Assembly: GCF_006345805.1 (NCBI RefSeq)
Contig: NC_043016.1
Coordinates: 6,386,001-6,450,000, forward strand
From: Octopus sinensis
Lineage: Eukaryota
Length of the DNA stretch: 64,000 nucleotides
Direction of reading: 5' to 3'
Shown: positions 25,107 to 36,996 of the stretch, in pieces
Layout: every line of letters starts with the position of its first letter
How positions within the stretch are numbered: position 1 is the stretch's first letter
Made by a program: the position numbers and the translations under genes
Notes under the pieces: model-generated
What the model saw: the letters and a program-made list of their open reading frames with translations, nothing else
What the model was told of the DNA's origin: nothing
The model's database searches: none

Positions 25107-25532
25107 GGATCTTTTCGGTTTGAACGGCAGTTTTTTCTAGTGGTGTCATATGAAATTGTCACCCATAATTATGACCCTAGTATCGATCTATTGCATTTCA
25201 ATCTATTTTAGGGTTAGGGTTAGTTAGGGGTGGGGGAAAGGGTATCTTTTTTTTCTTCACAAATGTAAATAAACCCAATCTGTTTCTTAATTGAGGGACA
25301 TATTCATATGGCACAGAATGTTTTTTTACCTCAATAGACGTCACTGATTGGTTGAAATTGCAGAAATTGAAGAAAAAACAAAACAACAAATATCTTACAA
25401 ACTATAGAATTTTCTCAATAAAGCCAAGAGAAAAAGATGTTTTATAAACACATTCTACCAGTATACAAAGTTTAAAAGTGTTTAGTTACCTAGAAATTAT
25501 ATTAAAAACTGCCGTTCAAACCGAAAAGATCC
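25107..25532 (+). mobile_element. MITE family M copy 1
   Basis: TIR ggatcttttcggtttgaacggcagttttt / aaaaactgccgttcaaaccgaaaagatcc; imperfect 8-bp flanks taattttt/tcaatttt. Confidence 0.88.
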
Positions 25533-25778
25533 TCAATTTTTTATGAGAAAGTTTCTTGCTGTAGACAAATAAGTGTAAATACACCGAGTCAGTGTGCAAT
25601 GCTCCCTAACCAGGCTGCTGGATGCGGGCATTATGGCGTGGTTAATTTCCCTCCAACAACATAAACTGGAAAGGCAGACACTTAAAAACTGACAAAAGGG
25701 AAAAGTCCCTCTAATTATATTCCTGTTATTGCAACAACGAATGGTTATCCACGACAAAATACAGCGAATGGTTTTCTT

Positions 25779-26095
25779 ATCATCATCATCATCATCATCG
25801 TTTAACGTCTGTTCTCCATGCTAGCATGGGTTGGACAGTTCGACCAGGATCTGGGAAGCCAGAAGGCTGCACCAGGCTCCAGTCTGATCTGGCAGTGTTT
25901 CTACAGCTGGATGCCCTTCCTAACGCCAACCACTCTGTGAGTGTAGTGGGTACTTTTTATGTGCTAGGGGAGGCTGGCAATGGCCACGATCGGATAGGTG
26001 CTTTTTACGTGCCACGAGCATGGAAGCCAGTCAAGGCAGTGCTGGCATCGGCCACGTTCAGATGGTGCTTTTTACGTGCCACCGGCACAGGGTTT
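25779..26095 (-). mobile_element. Family A repeat
   Basis: (CAT)n cgtttaacgtc...ccatgctagcatggg. Confidence 0.88.
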
Positions 26096-26569
26096 GGATA
26101 TGCCACAAACATATTTGGAATGGTTGCAAGTTTATATTTATTCACATCACTGCTTAGCACTGTCACCTGGCATCTTATTAATGGCGAGCCACCGGCTTAG
26201 TGCATCCCAGTCATTGTACAATGATGGGAATATAATAAGAGTAATCTGTTTCTCTTGTCAGTTTGCAGCTTCTGCCTTTTGGGTCTCTGTTGCTGGAGGG
26301 GGGGGATAACCAATCTGGAGTGCATATATTCTCCAGCCTATCTAGGGGGCACTGCAAATTGACTCAGGGTGTTTATACCTATTTGTATACATTTAATATA
26401 TTTTCCTTTTTGAAATGAATTTTAAAAATAATCTCAACATGATTTTTTTCCGCATGATTTGATTGAATAAATTGATTTTGAGATAATAATGACTTACTTA
26501 TTTTAAACTATTTGCTCAAAATATGAATTTATTTGAAATATTGTATTTATGATTTTCCAATTCTTACAG

Positions 26570-26633
26570 AAATGCTCATCAGATGGTAACATCTTCTGTT
26601 GTTTGGAGCTGATTATGACGGAATTCCTCAAAG
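26570..26633 (+). CDS. NOC4L: NOC4L exon (KCSSDGNIFCCLELIMTEFLK), phase 0/1
   Basis: ttcttacag acceptor, GTTAGT donor, 64 nt; NIFCCLELI resembles human NNAFTLLSAV; phase fits neighbours. Confidence 0.65.
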
Positions 26634-26949
26634 GTTAGTTACTTATTTATTGTCTTTTGTATGTGATTAGGAGTTTGATACTTTAGAGTTACACACACAC
26701 ACACACACCTTTGCTCTCTCTCTCTCTCCACCTCACACCTCCATGCATTCCCCCACAACACAGTATTCACTCCTAAAAACACACAATGCAACATGCACAT
26801 AACATGCCTGAACACAGACAATATATACACAACATGCATAAACACATATAACTATCGCACATAAACACACACAACATACATACAACTCACACACATGTGA
26901 ACACACCACTTAAACAAGCACACATTAACTGCTACACACAAACGTTTGC

Positions 26950-27380
26950 ACACACACACACACATGATAGCCTCACACATATACACTTGTCCATATGCAC
27001 ACACACTCACACATGATAGCCTCACACATATACACTTGTCCTTATGCACACACACACACATGATAGCCTCACACATATACACTTGTCCTTATGCATACAC
27101 ACACACATGATAGGCTCACACATATACATTGTCCATATGCACACACACTCACAACATGATAGCCTCACACATATACACTTGTCCTTATGCACACACACAC
27201 ACATGATAGCCTCACACATATACACTTGTCCTTATGCACACACACACACATGATAGCCTCACACATATACACTTGTCCTTATGCACACACACACACATGA
27301 TAGCCTCACACATATACACTTGTCCATATGCACACACACTCATACATGATAGCCTCACACATATACACTTGTCCTTATGC
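26950..27380. repeat. 47-49 bp minisatellite, 9 units
   Basis: Unit (ca)n-tgatagcctcacacatatacacttgtccttatg; atgatag recurs nine times. Confidence 0.93.
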
Positions 27381-27537
27381 ACACACACACACACACACAC
27401 ATACACACACACACAAATACATGAAATGCAAATCGCTCCACACAATGCACACACTGGGTTACTTATATATACACATACACTCACACGGGCTCACATAATT
27501 TTAAGCTTGTCCACATACATTTACATGCACTTATCCC

Positions 27538-27588
<51 letters not shown>

Positions 27589-27842
27589 ACACAATTCTTA
27601 GATACACACGTGCTTGCACATCCTAGTTCAGCTCGGTCACTTATTATCTCCCTTCCAGTCATTTCATCATGTTGAATCATTAAACCCAACACATTTTGTC
27701 TCTATCCAGTATTCTCCTCTCAACCCCTTCTGTTGAAGAACGTAGGCTCATAACACCAAGAACTTTTCCATTCTTCCAAAGCATTAAACTAATGCTTGTT
27801 GTTCCTCACCTTTCTTTGCCTTTTGTTTACTGTAAATTTGAA

Positions 27843-27879
<37 letters not shown>

Positions 27880-27880
27880 T

Positions 27881-28131
27881 TATAAACAAGGGCAAAAGAA
27901 AAAAAATTCTAATGCCAAATATGCTGAAAACAGACACATAGTCAATAACCATATAATTCATCACTATAAGCACGCGTCTCGAAGAAAGCTGACAGAAATA
28001 CTAAAAATTCCATTTTTCTGTCAGCTTTCTTCGAGACGCATGCTTATAGTGATGAATTATATGGTTATTGACTATGTGTCTGTTTTTGGCATATTTGGCA
28101 TTAGAAATTTTTTCTTTTGCCCTTGTTTATA
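27881..28131. repeat. Near-perfect inverted repeat, ~118-bp arms, 16-nt spacer
   Basis: 27881-27998 is the reverse complement of 28015-28131 with a few mismatches. Confidence 0.95.
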
Positions 28132-28623
28132 ATTTCAACCTTTAAAGGTATTTTTTAATATGCTGGCGATTGATATAATTTTTTTCGAAAAATTTTATCC
28201 TATATTAGATGTATATATATCTGTATGTGTGTATATCGTGTTTCATTTTATATGATTCCAAATTAGTTACACTCATTTTACTTCATTTAATTGTTATTTT
28301 TAATTAGTGTCTGTATAAAATCTTTTGATTAATTTTTACACAATCCTTGCACATTTTTTGTACCATTTCTCAAATAATCCAATCGTTTGAATCCAATAAT
28401 ATGGAAACTAACTAGTAACTCTCGTTTTGAACTGTTCCACAGACACAGAGAGGGGATTCAACTCAATGTCCCTGATCCATTTCACCTTGCTGTCTTTGGT
28501 TTGGTCATATGTGACACAAGCATTAATTAAGACATTTCCACTCATTTCATGTAGACTCTAAGTCCTTTGACAAATAATCCTTTGTTGATTCCAACTTCAT
28601 ATCTGGGTGTTAGTGGAATATTT

Positions 28624-29026
28624 GGATCTTTTCGGTTTGAATGGCAGTTTTTTCTAGCAGTGTCATATGAAATTATGACCCTAGTATTGATCTATTGCAT
28701 TTCAATCTGTTTTAGGGATAGGGTTAGGGGTGGGGGGAAGGGTATCTTTTTTCCTTCAGAAATGTAAATAAACCCAATCTGTTTCTTAAACGAGGGGCAT
28801 ATTCATACGACACAGAATGTTTTCACCTCAATAGACATCATTGATTGGTTGAAATTGTAGAAATTGAAGAAAAAAAACAACAAATATCTTACAACTATAG
28901 AATTTTCTCAATAAAGCCAAGAGAAAAAGATGTTTTATAAACACATTCTACCAGTATACGAAGTTTAAAAGTGTTTAGTTACGTGGAAATTATTTTAAAA
29001 AACTGCCGTTCAAACCGAAAAGACCC
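28624..29026 (+). mobile_element. MITE family M copy 2
   Basis: Same TIRs; perfect 8-bp TSD gaatattt. Confidence 0.92.
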
Positions 29027-29088
29027 GAATATTTACAATTTCTGAAGCTCATATATTTTATTTCTAAATACTTGGTTCCTTTTTATAG

Positions 29089-29121
29089 GCAAAAAGTCTG
29101 ATTTAAATTTAATCTGGCTGA
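29089..29121 (+). CDS. NOC4L: NOC4L 33-nt exon (GKKSDLNLIWL), phase 1/1
   Basis: ttttatag acceptor, GTAGGT donor; supplies the missing ~11 aa and keeps frame; sequence similarity weak. Confidence 0.55.
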
Positions 29122-30129
29122 GTAGGTCTTGTTGAATATCTTTTTTTTTGGCAGAGATCTGTAACGCATACATAGTTTATTGAATGTGGAAGAGAAATTG
29201 TGTCTGCTCTGTTTCATTCTGGTACGGGTTCCCATTTCTGGTATATTCCATCTTGTTTTGTGCCATTCAAGGCATGATGCATTGGTGTTGTTGTCCTGTC
29301 ATGTGGAAGATTAAAAATAAAACAAAAAAAAGGATAAAAACATCACAAAAAAAACAAACAAACAAACAAAAAAAAAAAAACTGGTAGTTGATTGTAGCCA
29401 AGTTGGATAATGTGGATTTGGTCAGTGCGCAGTTGTCTCCATCTTCGGGTTTCACTAAAGTTGACCAGCAAATATAAGAGGGGAGATAACTCCTCGATAG
29501 CAGTGTTGTACGTTTATGATTCAAATTTGGTTATTCTGGCGGCGTTTGTTGATGTACAAGAAAATAAATAAATAAATAATAATAATAATAATAAAAATTA
29601 AGTAGATGCGCATTTATCAAATCCTTCAATAATCTCATCAACCCCGAGGAGTTGATATCAACTACTTTGGAGACCCCTGGTTTAAATGCTAAAAGGCTAA
29701 ATTTACTGATTGTTATTGCTGGAATAAAACTTACAAACATTAGAAAGTTCACTATCTTGTTAAGGTGTTATTGTTGTCGCTCAACCCTGAATGAACAGAC
29801 AAATGATCAAAAAGGCACTCCAGCCATGACCACATTATTCAGCATGTCCTTTTCTGAGATGATTTCAGTATGATTTTGGAGAGATTTAGCTGGTGTTTCT
29901 AGCTGGTTAACTGATCATAACATTGTAATTAAGGTGTGCTTTACTCCAGGTCAGCTCTGATTAGGTTGACCCAGGACCCCAAAGAATAGCCAACCATCAA
30001 AAGAGACTCACAATGGAGCCCTGTCCCTACATCCATGCTACTGCTGTTGTTACTGTTCACACAGACACCCAACACTGTATCCGAAAAAAGAAAACCAAAC
30101 ATTGTCATTTGTCTTTGAGGTAACCTAAA

Positions 30130-30706
30130 AAGCACTTGTGTCAGTGCCACATAAAATCACCCATGTTGGTACTGCATAAAAGCACCCACTACACTCTGTA
30201 AAGTAGTCAACTTTGCTATGATTGACCGCTAGATCCAAAAGCCATTTTTATTCTTCACCATTCGAGCGGGATCGTTACCAGCGTTGCCTTACTGGCACTT
30301 GTGCCCGTGCTAGTAGGGTGCTAAGAGCACCATCCGAGCGTGATCGTTGCCAGAGCAGCCAACTGGCTTCCGTGGCAGTTGCACGTAAAAGGGCGCCATT
30401 CGAGTGTGATCATTACCAACATCGCCTTACTGGCACCTGTGCCAGTGGTATGTGTAAAAGGATTCGAGCGAGGTTGTTGCCAGTACCACCTGACTGGTCC
30501 CCGTGCCAGTAGCACGTAAAAAGCACCCACTACACTCTCAGAGTGGTTGGCGTTAAGGAAGGGCATCCAGCTGTAGAAACTCTGGCAGATCAAGATTGGA
30601 GCCTGGTGCAATCATCTGGTTCGCTAGCCCTCAGTCAAAATCGTCCAACCCATGCTAGCATGGAAAGCGGACGTTAAACGATGGTGATGATGATGATGAT
30701 GATGAT
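30130..30706 (+). mobile_element. Family A repeat
   Basis: Modules, conserved domain, (GAT)n tail. Confidence 0.88.
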
Positions 30707-31007
30707 CTGTTTATTTTCTCATGTTCCTTTCAGTTGAAGAGCATAGGCTTGAAACGTAAAAGACTTTCTCACCTTCATTAGCATTAAACTAATATACCTG
30801 TTGGTTGTTTATACATGTCTTCGTCTTTTGTTTTTCTATAAATTTCGCGTGTGTGTGTGTGTGTGTTATAGGAACTAAAAGCTTTCCATGGACAAGTTGT
30901 TCCCCAAACTGGTGAATAAGCATGAATAAAAGTATGTTTTTAAGGTTTTTGTTGAGGGTATTTTGTACAAGAAATTTAATGATTTAAAAAAAAAATTTGT
31001 CTTTCAG

Positions 31008-31090
31008 CTTCAAAATCTGAAAATTCAAATGAAAATAAGGCAGAAAAAAGGTTACTAAATAAATCCCTGTTAACATTTTTACAGAAGAAA
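31008..31090 (+). CDS. NOC4L: NOC4L exon (TSKSENSNENKAEKRLLNKSLLTFLQKK), phase 1/0
   Basis: ctttcag acceptor, GTAAGT donor; EKRLLNKSLLTFLQKK aligns to human EHRRVFQAMWLSFLKHK. Confidence 0.8.
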
Positions 31091-31320
31091 GTAAGTATAT
31101 TTATAATTAAATTAAAATGTTTATATTAATGTTACAATGTTTATATTTGCAATTATTAACCATGAGTAAAATTCAGGATTCCAGCAAGGTGGTTTTGGGG
31201 GACACCTGTAGAAAAATTCTTTATAATTCTTTATAATAATTGATGCTGTGTTTTTGCTAGAGTTATTTTCCTTTAAAATGATTTAAAAGAGATAAATGTT
31301 AAATGAACATAAGGTTTGTT

Positions 31321-31655
31321 ATCATCATCATCATCGTTTAACGTCCGTTTTCCATGCTAGCATGGGTTGGACGGTTCAACTGGGGTCTGGGAAGCCAGAA
31401 GGCTGCACCAGGCCCAGTCTGATCTGGCAGTGTTTCTACAGCTGGATGCCCTTCCTAACGCCAACCACTCAAACACTGTTGTCGGTGCTTCATCATCTAG
31501 TGGGTGCTTCTTGTGTGCTACCAGTGTTGGTGCCAATTATGAAACAAGATTGGAGCCTGGTGCAGCCGTCTGGTTCGCCAGCCCTCAGTCAAAATCGTCC
31601 AACCCATGCTAGCATGGAAAGCGGATGTTAAACGATAATGATGATGATGATGATG
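31321..31655. mobile_element. Two family A 3' fragments in inverted orientation (31321-31471 -, 31545-31655 +)
   Basis: (CAT)n tail at left end, (GAT)n tail at right end. Confidence 0.85.
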
Positions 31656-32389
31656 AATTGTATCTTTTACATGTTTCAGTCATTTGACTGTGGCCATAGT
31701 GGAGCACCACCTTGAAGGTATTTTAGTTAAACAAATCGACCTCAGGACTTATTTTTTTTGTTAAGCCTAGTACTAGTGGTCTCTTTTACTGAACTGCTAA
31801 GTTATGGAAATGTAAACATACCAAAACCAGTTGTCAAGTGGTGATGGGGGTACGAACACAGATACAAAGACACACACACACATTAGTATATACAAACATC
31901 CACACACACACACACACACACCAGTCTTCTTTCAGTTTCTGTCTACCAAATCCATTCATAAGTCATTTGGTAGAATATTACTTGACTTGGCTACTTCCAC
32001 CTACCATTCTATAGTGGCCAAATTAGTGAATCATTCATTCATCCCCTATTGATAATGCAAACAACCATTGGTGATTAGACCTGAAGAAAAGCTAAATGGT
32101 ATTTTTATGTGTTATGTACAATGTAAGATGTTATGTTTAGGTTTGAAACATATGTAAGCATGATTTACCTTTTCTGTTCCTTACACTCTTTGATTTATGT
32201 TCGTGTAATTATCAGTTTCCATTACTAAACTATGAGTTGTATAGTGGTGGTCATCTGTTTCAATATGGGACAAAGTATACTCTATAATGTCTTTGTAAAA
32301 ATAATTGTCACTGGAATCTTGAACCTATGCAATAATGCATGATTAATTCAAAACAATATGAATGAAAAAGCATTATATTTGACAGAGTA

Positions 32390-33345
32390 ATCATCATCAT
32401 CGTTTAACGTCCGTTTTCCATGCTAGCATGGGTTGGACAGTTCGACCGGGGTCTGGGAAGCCAGAAGGCTGCACCAGGCTCCAGTCTGATCTGGCAGTGT
32501 TTCTACAGCTGGATGTTTTTCCTAACGCCTACCACTCCGTGAGTGTAGTGGGTGCTTTTTATGTGCCACCAGCACAGGTGCCAGACAGCGCTGGCAACGG
32601 CCACAATCGGTTGGTGCTTTTTACGTGCCACCGGCACGGAAGCCAGTCAGGGCGGTGCTGGCATCGGCCATGTTCGGATGGTGCTTTTTATGTGCCACCG
32701 GCACAGGTATCACAACTACAATTTCCATTTTCATTTTTTGATGTTGATGTACTTGACTCAATAGGTCTCCTCAAGCACAGTGTGTATATATATATATATA
32801 TATATAATCATCATCATCATCATCCTTTAACATCTGCTTTCCTTGCTAGCTTGGGCTGGACAATTTAACCGAGGACTGGCGAACCAGATGGCTGCGCCAG
32901 GCTCCAATCTGATCTGGCAGAGCTTCTACAGCCGGATGCCCCTCCCAATGCCAACCACTCTGAGAAAGCAGTGGGCGCTTGTATGTGCCACCTGCACGAG
33001 GGCCAGTGTGGCGGTACCGGCTACGGCCACGCTCGGAATGGTGTTTCTTTACTTGCCACCTGCACAGGAGTCAGTCCAGCGGCACTGGCAACGACCTCGC
33101 TCGAATGTTTTGTTCATGTTCCACCAGCACAAGTGCCAGTAAGGCAACACTGGTAACGATCATGCTCAAATGGTGCTTTTTACGTGCCCACCAGCACGGA
33201 AGCCAGACAGCTGCTCTGGCAGTGATCCCGCTCTGATGGAGCCGTCATGGTGCCAGTCATCAAATTTAGTTCAATTTCGATTTCACTTGTCCCAACAGGT
33301 CTTCGCAAGCAGAGTTTAGTGTCCAATGAAGGGAGGTTGGCATGA
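32390..33345 (-). mobile_element. Two family A repeats (32390-32780, 32808-33345)
   Basis: Tails and conserved domain; second extends into the RTE proximal 3' UTR. Confidence 0.85.
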
Positions 33346-33636
33346 CGCTAAAAGATAAAAAGATTTAACAGTAGTTACTAATTCTAATTCATTGTTCTTC
33401 AGTTGTTTAAATTCTGTTTCTGATTATAACTCTTGTCACATGAGGAGAAGGGTTGAAAGAAATATGATTTGTTGTTTATTCAAGTATAAAATGGTATAGT
33501 GGAGGAGATTCTGTTACAAAGTATCAACTAATTTCCAATTTAGAAACTGATAATATTTAAAAATAAAATTTCATAAAAACTAGATAAATTGTTATTTGGA
33601 AACTTAAATTGTTAATTTTCTTTTTTGTTTTAACAG

Positions 33637-33745
33637 TTAACCTTTGGGTTGTATAAAAGAGTCTTGGTATCTGTCACAGATGTTATCTCCTGTCTTGAAG
33701 CACCCTTGCAACTTTCAGATTTTTTATTTAATTCGTTTAAGATGG
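33637..33745 (+). CDS. NOC4L: NOC4L exon (LTFGLYKRVLVSVTDVISCLEAPLQLSDFLFNSFKMG), phase 0/1
   Basis: taacag acceptor, GTGAG donor; aligns to human LPLSLYKKVLL...LMIDFLTRACDLG. Confidence 0.92.
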
Positions 33746-33775
33746 GTGAGTATTCTACAAATTATTTTTCATATA

Positions 33776-33920
33776 AACTCCTCCTCCTCCTCCTCATCAT
33801 CATCATCATCATCCCCCCATCTTCCTCCACCCCTCCTTCTCCTTTCATCTTCCTCCACTCCCCCTCCTCCTCCCATCTTCCTCCTCCTCCTCCTCATCTT
33901 CCTTCTTCCCCTCCACCTCC
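33776..33920. repeat. (CCT/CAT)-rich low-complexity tract
   Basis: Directly visible just downstream of the exon donor at 33746. Confidence 0.9.
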
Positions 33921-34184
33921 ATTTAAATGTCTAATGTCTGTTTTTAAGGCTTGAGTTGGATGGTTTGACAGGAACTGTGCTGTGCTCCATTGTTTGCTTT
34001 GACATGGTTTCTACAACCGGATGCTCTTCCTGTCACCAACTCTTCTGTTTCCAGCTGAGCTAATAATAACCTCACTGTCTATCAAACAATAAACAGTCCA
34101 GACATGTTCTATCTGGAGAACAGGAAACAAACGACACCAGATGAATGAACCATTCTGGCTTTGTGCCTATTGTAGAAATAATTA

Positions 34185-34723
34185 CAGTAATGCCTTGACA
34201 TATGATTTAATTTGTTCCCCCAGGGACTGCTTGTAAAGCAGAGCAATAATTTCCCATAGTAGCGAATTGTAATTTGTTCCCAGAAAAATATTTTAGCTAT
34301 AAAATTTATAAAACTTGTTAAAAAATGGCAATAAAACAACAGTAGAAAGTAAAGAATATTTTATAGAAAGTAAAAAGAATGTCAAGATCATTTAGAATAA
34401 ACAAAATATTATCATTATAATAACTTTCTGAATCACTTTCACTAGACTTGTGCACACCATCACTTGTAGATGTGATCGCTGATTCACAAGCACTTGTAGA
34501 CAGACTTGTAGATTTCTTTTTAAAAAACAAGTCTAAAGTTGTTTGCTTAAAAGAAGCTTTCTTTCGTTCTCTATAAATTTCTTGGTAACATGTAGAAGCA
34601 TTTGTTATGGTACTAGAAACTTTTGCACTCCTTTCAAAATTTGGATCTTTATATTTATTATAAAATAAAACTTGTAAACCAAGGGTCTCGTAAAACGGAT
34701 CCTCGTAAAGCGAGGTATTACTG
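34185..34723 (-). mobile_element. Tigger/pogo-derived internally deleted element
   Basis: TA-flanked imperfect TIRs cagtaatgccttgacatatga / cagtaatacctcgctttacga; minus strand DPNFERSAKVSSTI..ASTCYQEIYRERKK..QTTLDLFFKK resembles a Tigger transposase C-terminus. Confidence 0.8.
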
Positions 34724-34730
34724 TATTATT

Positions 34731-35146
34731 GGATCTTTTTGGTTTGACCGGCAGTTTTTAACATAATTTCTAGGTAACTAAAAAATTTAAAACTTCGTAT
34801 ACTGGTAGAATGTGTTTATAAAACATCTTTTTCTCTTGGCTTTATTGAGAAAATTCTATAGATTGTAAGATATTTGGGTTTTTTCTTTAATTTCTGCAAT
34901 TTCAACCAATCAATGACGTCTATTGAGTTAAAAAAAACATTCTGTGCCTTATGAATATGTCCCTCGTTTAAGAAACAGATTGGGCTTATTTACATTTGTG
35001 AAGAAAAAAAGACACCCTTCCCCCCACTCCTAACCCTAACCCTAAAAGAGATTGAAATGCAACAGATCGATACTAGGGTCATAATTATGGGTGACAATTT
35101 CATATGACACCGCTAGAAAAAACTGCCGTTCAAACCGAAAAGATCT
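34731..35146 (-). mobile_element. MITE family M copy 3 (opposite orientation)
   Basis: Same TIRs; perfect 8-bp TSD gtattatt. Confidence 0.92.
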
Positions 35147-35390
35147 GTATTATTAATGGTGTAATTGGAAAGCTTCAGATAGATGTTATGCTGTACATTA
35201 GTTATGTCCCTTTATATTCTGATGTCAACTTCAGTGATGGCGGTGAGTTGGCGCCAGTTAAATATTTGAATGAGTTTAATCAATGATTCACCCCTCCACT
35301 GTATCAATGTCATTGTCAGTCGTGTTATTAATGATAACTTTTATTTGTAATTTTCATAGTTTCAAATAATTTTTGTTTTATTTCAATCAG

Positions 35391-35451
35391 GAGGTTCCGT
35401 TAGTTTGCTGTCATTAAATGGAATTTTCATATTGATGGATAAACACAACTT
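35391..35451 (+). CDS. NOC4L: NOC4L exon (GGSVSLLSLNGIFILMDKHNL), phase 1/2
   Basis: aatcag acceptor, GTGAG donor; aligns to human GGALSLLALNGLFILIHKHNL. Confidence 0.95.
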
Positions 35452-35489
35452 GTGAGTAGGAAATGATTTTGTTTTCCACAAATTTTGTA

Positions 35490-35960
35490 GTCATCATTGT
35501 TTAACGTCTGTTTTCCATGCTGTCATGGGTTGAACGGTATGGCAGTATCTGGCCAGCCGGGGAGCTGTCATCCTCATCATCATTTAACGTCCGTTTTCCA
35601 TGCTAGCATGGTTTGGACGGTTCGACCGGGGTCTGGTAAGCCATGGAGACTGCACCAGGCTCTGGTCTGATCTGGCAGTGTTTCTACAGCTGGATGCCCT
35701 TCCTAACGCCAACCACTCTGAGAGTATGGCGAGTGTTTTTTACGTGTCACCAGCACAGGGGCCAGAGCAGGCTGGCAAACGGTCACGATCGGTTGGTGCT
35801 TTTACATGTCACCGACATGGACGCCAGTCAGGCGGTGCTGAGATTAGAAATTGTCTGTAGTGGCATGGTTTCTACAGCTGGATGCCCTTCCTAATGCCAA
35901 CCACTGTACAGAGTGTTCTGGATGCTTTTCACATGCCACCAGCACGGGTGCATTTACACA
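35490..35960 (-). mobile_element. Nested or partial family A repeats
   Basis: Two tails (35492, 35570) and two ctacagctggatgccctt domains. Confidence 0.8.
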
Positions 35961-36039
35961 GCAACAGTATGATTGCATTTTATGTGGTACTGGCACCTGT
36001 AAAGGACAACAACCCTGTATGTATGGATGACCCTTATTT

Positions 36040-36255
36040 TAACTTGGCTTGACATGTCCTCTCAAGTAAAGCAGATCACCACAACTCTGGGCTCTTGGTC
36101 ATTTCCTCAGCGAGGCCCAGCGTCTGAAGATCCTTTTTCATCACTTCATCCCACGTCTTCCTGGCTTGACCCCTTCCACAGGTTCCCTCCACAATTAGGG
36201 CTCGGCACTTCTTTATGCAGCTCTCCTTAATCGTACGCATCACATGACCAAACCA
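36040..36255 (-). mobile_element. RTE LINE 3' fragment
   Basis: Reverse complement resembles the GRGRP-KTW-EVVK C-terminus and 3' UTR start. Confidence 0.65.
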
Positions 36256-36996
36256 GCAGAAACTATAATGTTTTGATGATTAATAATTTCTTTTCACAAA
36301 TGGCTAATTGCTGAATTTTTAACGACCCTCTTGAAACATAGGAAGCATTTTTTTCCCCTTCCTATAGAACTGTTAACTTCATCTCAAGGGGAGAGAGATC
36401 AAGCTGTAAAACCTAACACTTGTCACCATCATCATCATCGTCTTTTCTTGGGCATTACTGCCTCATGTCCTAGATTCACAGGGTCAGTTACTCAGTTTCC
36501 AGGGCATATTAAGTGACCAAGATCACAACATTTGCCCCTGGATGGGATGCCAGTCTGTCACAGTCTCTTACTCATTTCTACAGCTAGCGCGAGCAAGATA
36601 GGTGTTTGAATTGCTATTTTCAATTCTTTACTGACCATTCATAATTTTATCAAATTTCTCTATCTGTCTATCTTATCTAATCTTATTCATTTCATTTCTC
36701 CTCTTGTCCTCGTATGTAATCAACATTCGTATCTTCGCGGTGCACCCGCCCTACCCACCCCCACCACCAATACCGGATATCTATATTTTTGCTCCATCTA
36801 TACCGGATGTCGCTTCTCCCACCACCATTATAGGTGTCTACTCTTCGAACCCCCCACCCCTCTTCAATACGCTATTTCACCATGCATTACCCCTCTCTCG
36901 ATATCCTACGTTCTACTTGCCTAGAACCTGTCATCATTTCTCTGAACCACCCCTCCCACTGGTGCTCCCCTATATTTCTGCACCCCCCCCCCCATA

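Noticed and set aside
32141-32153. 13-nt AG...GT micro-exon encoding LKH
   Set aside because: It would break frame between two phase-0 junctions, and FLQKK is already supplied by 31008-31090
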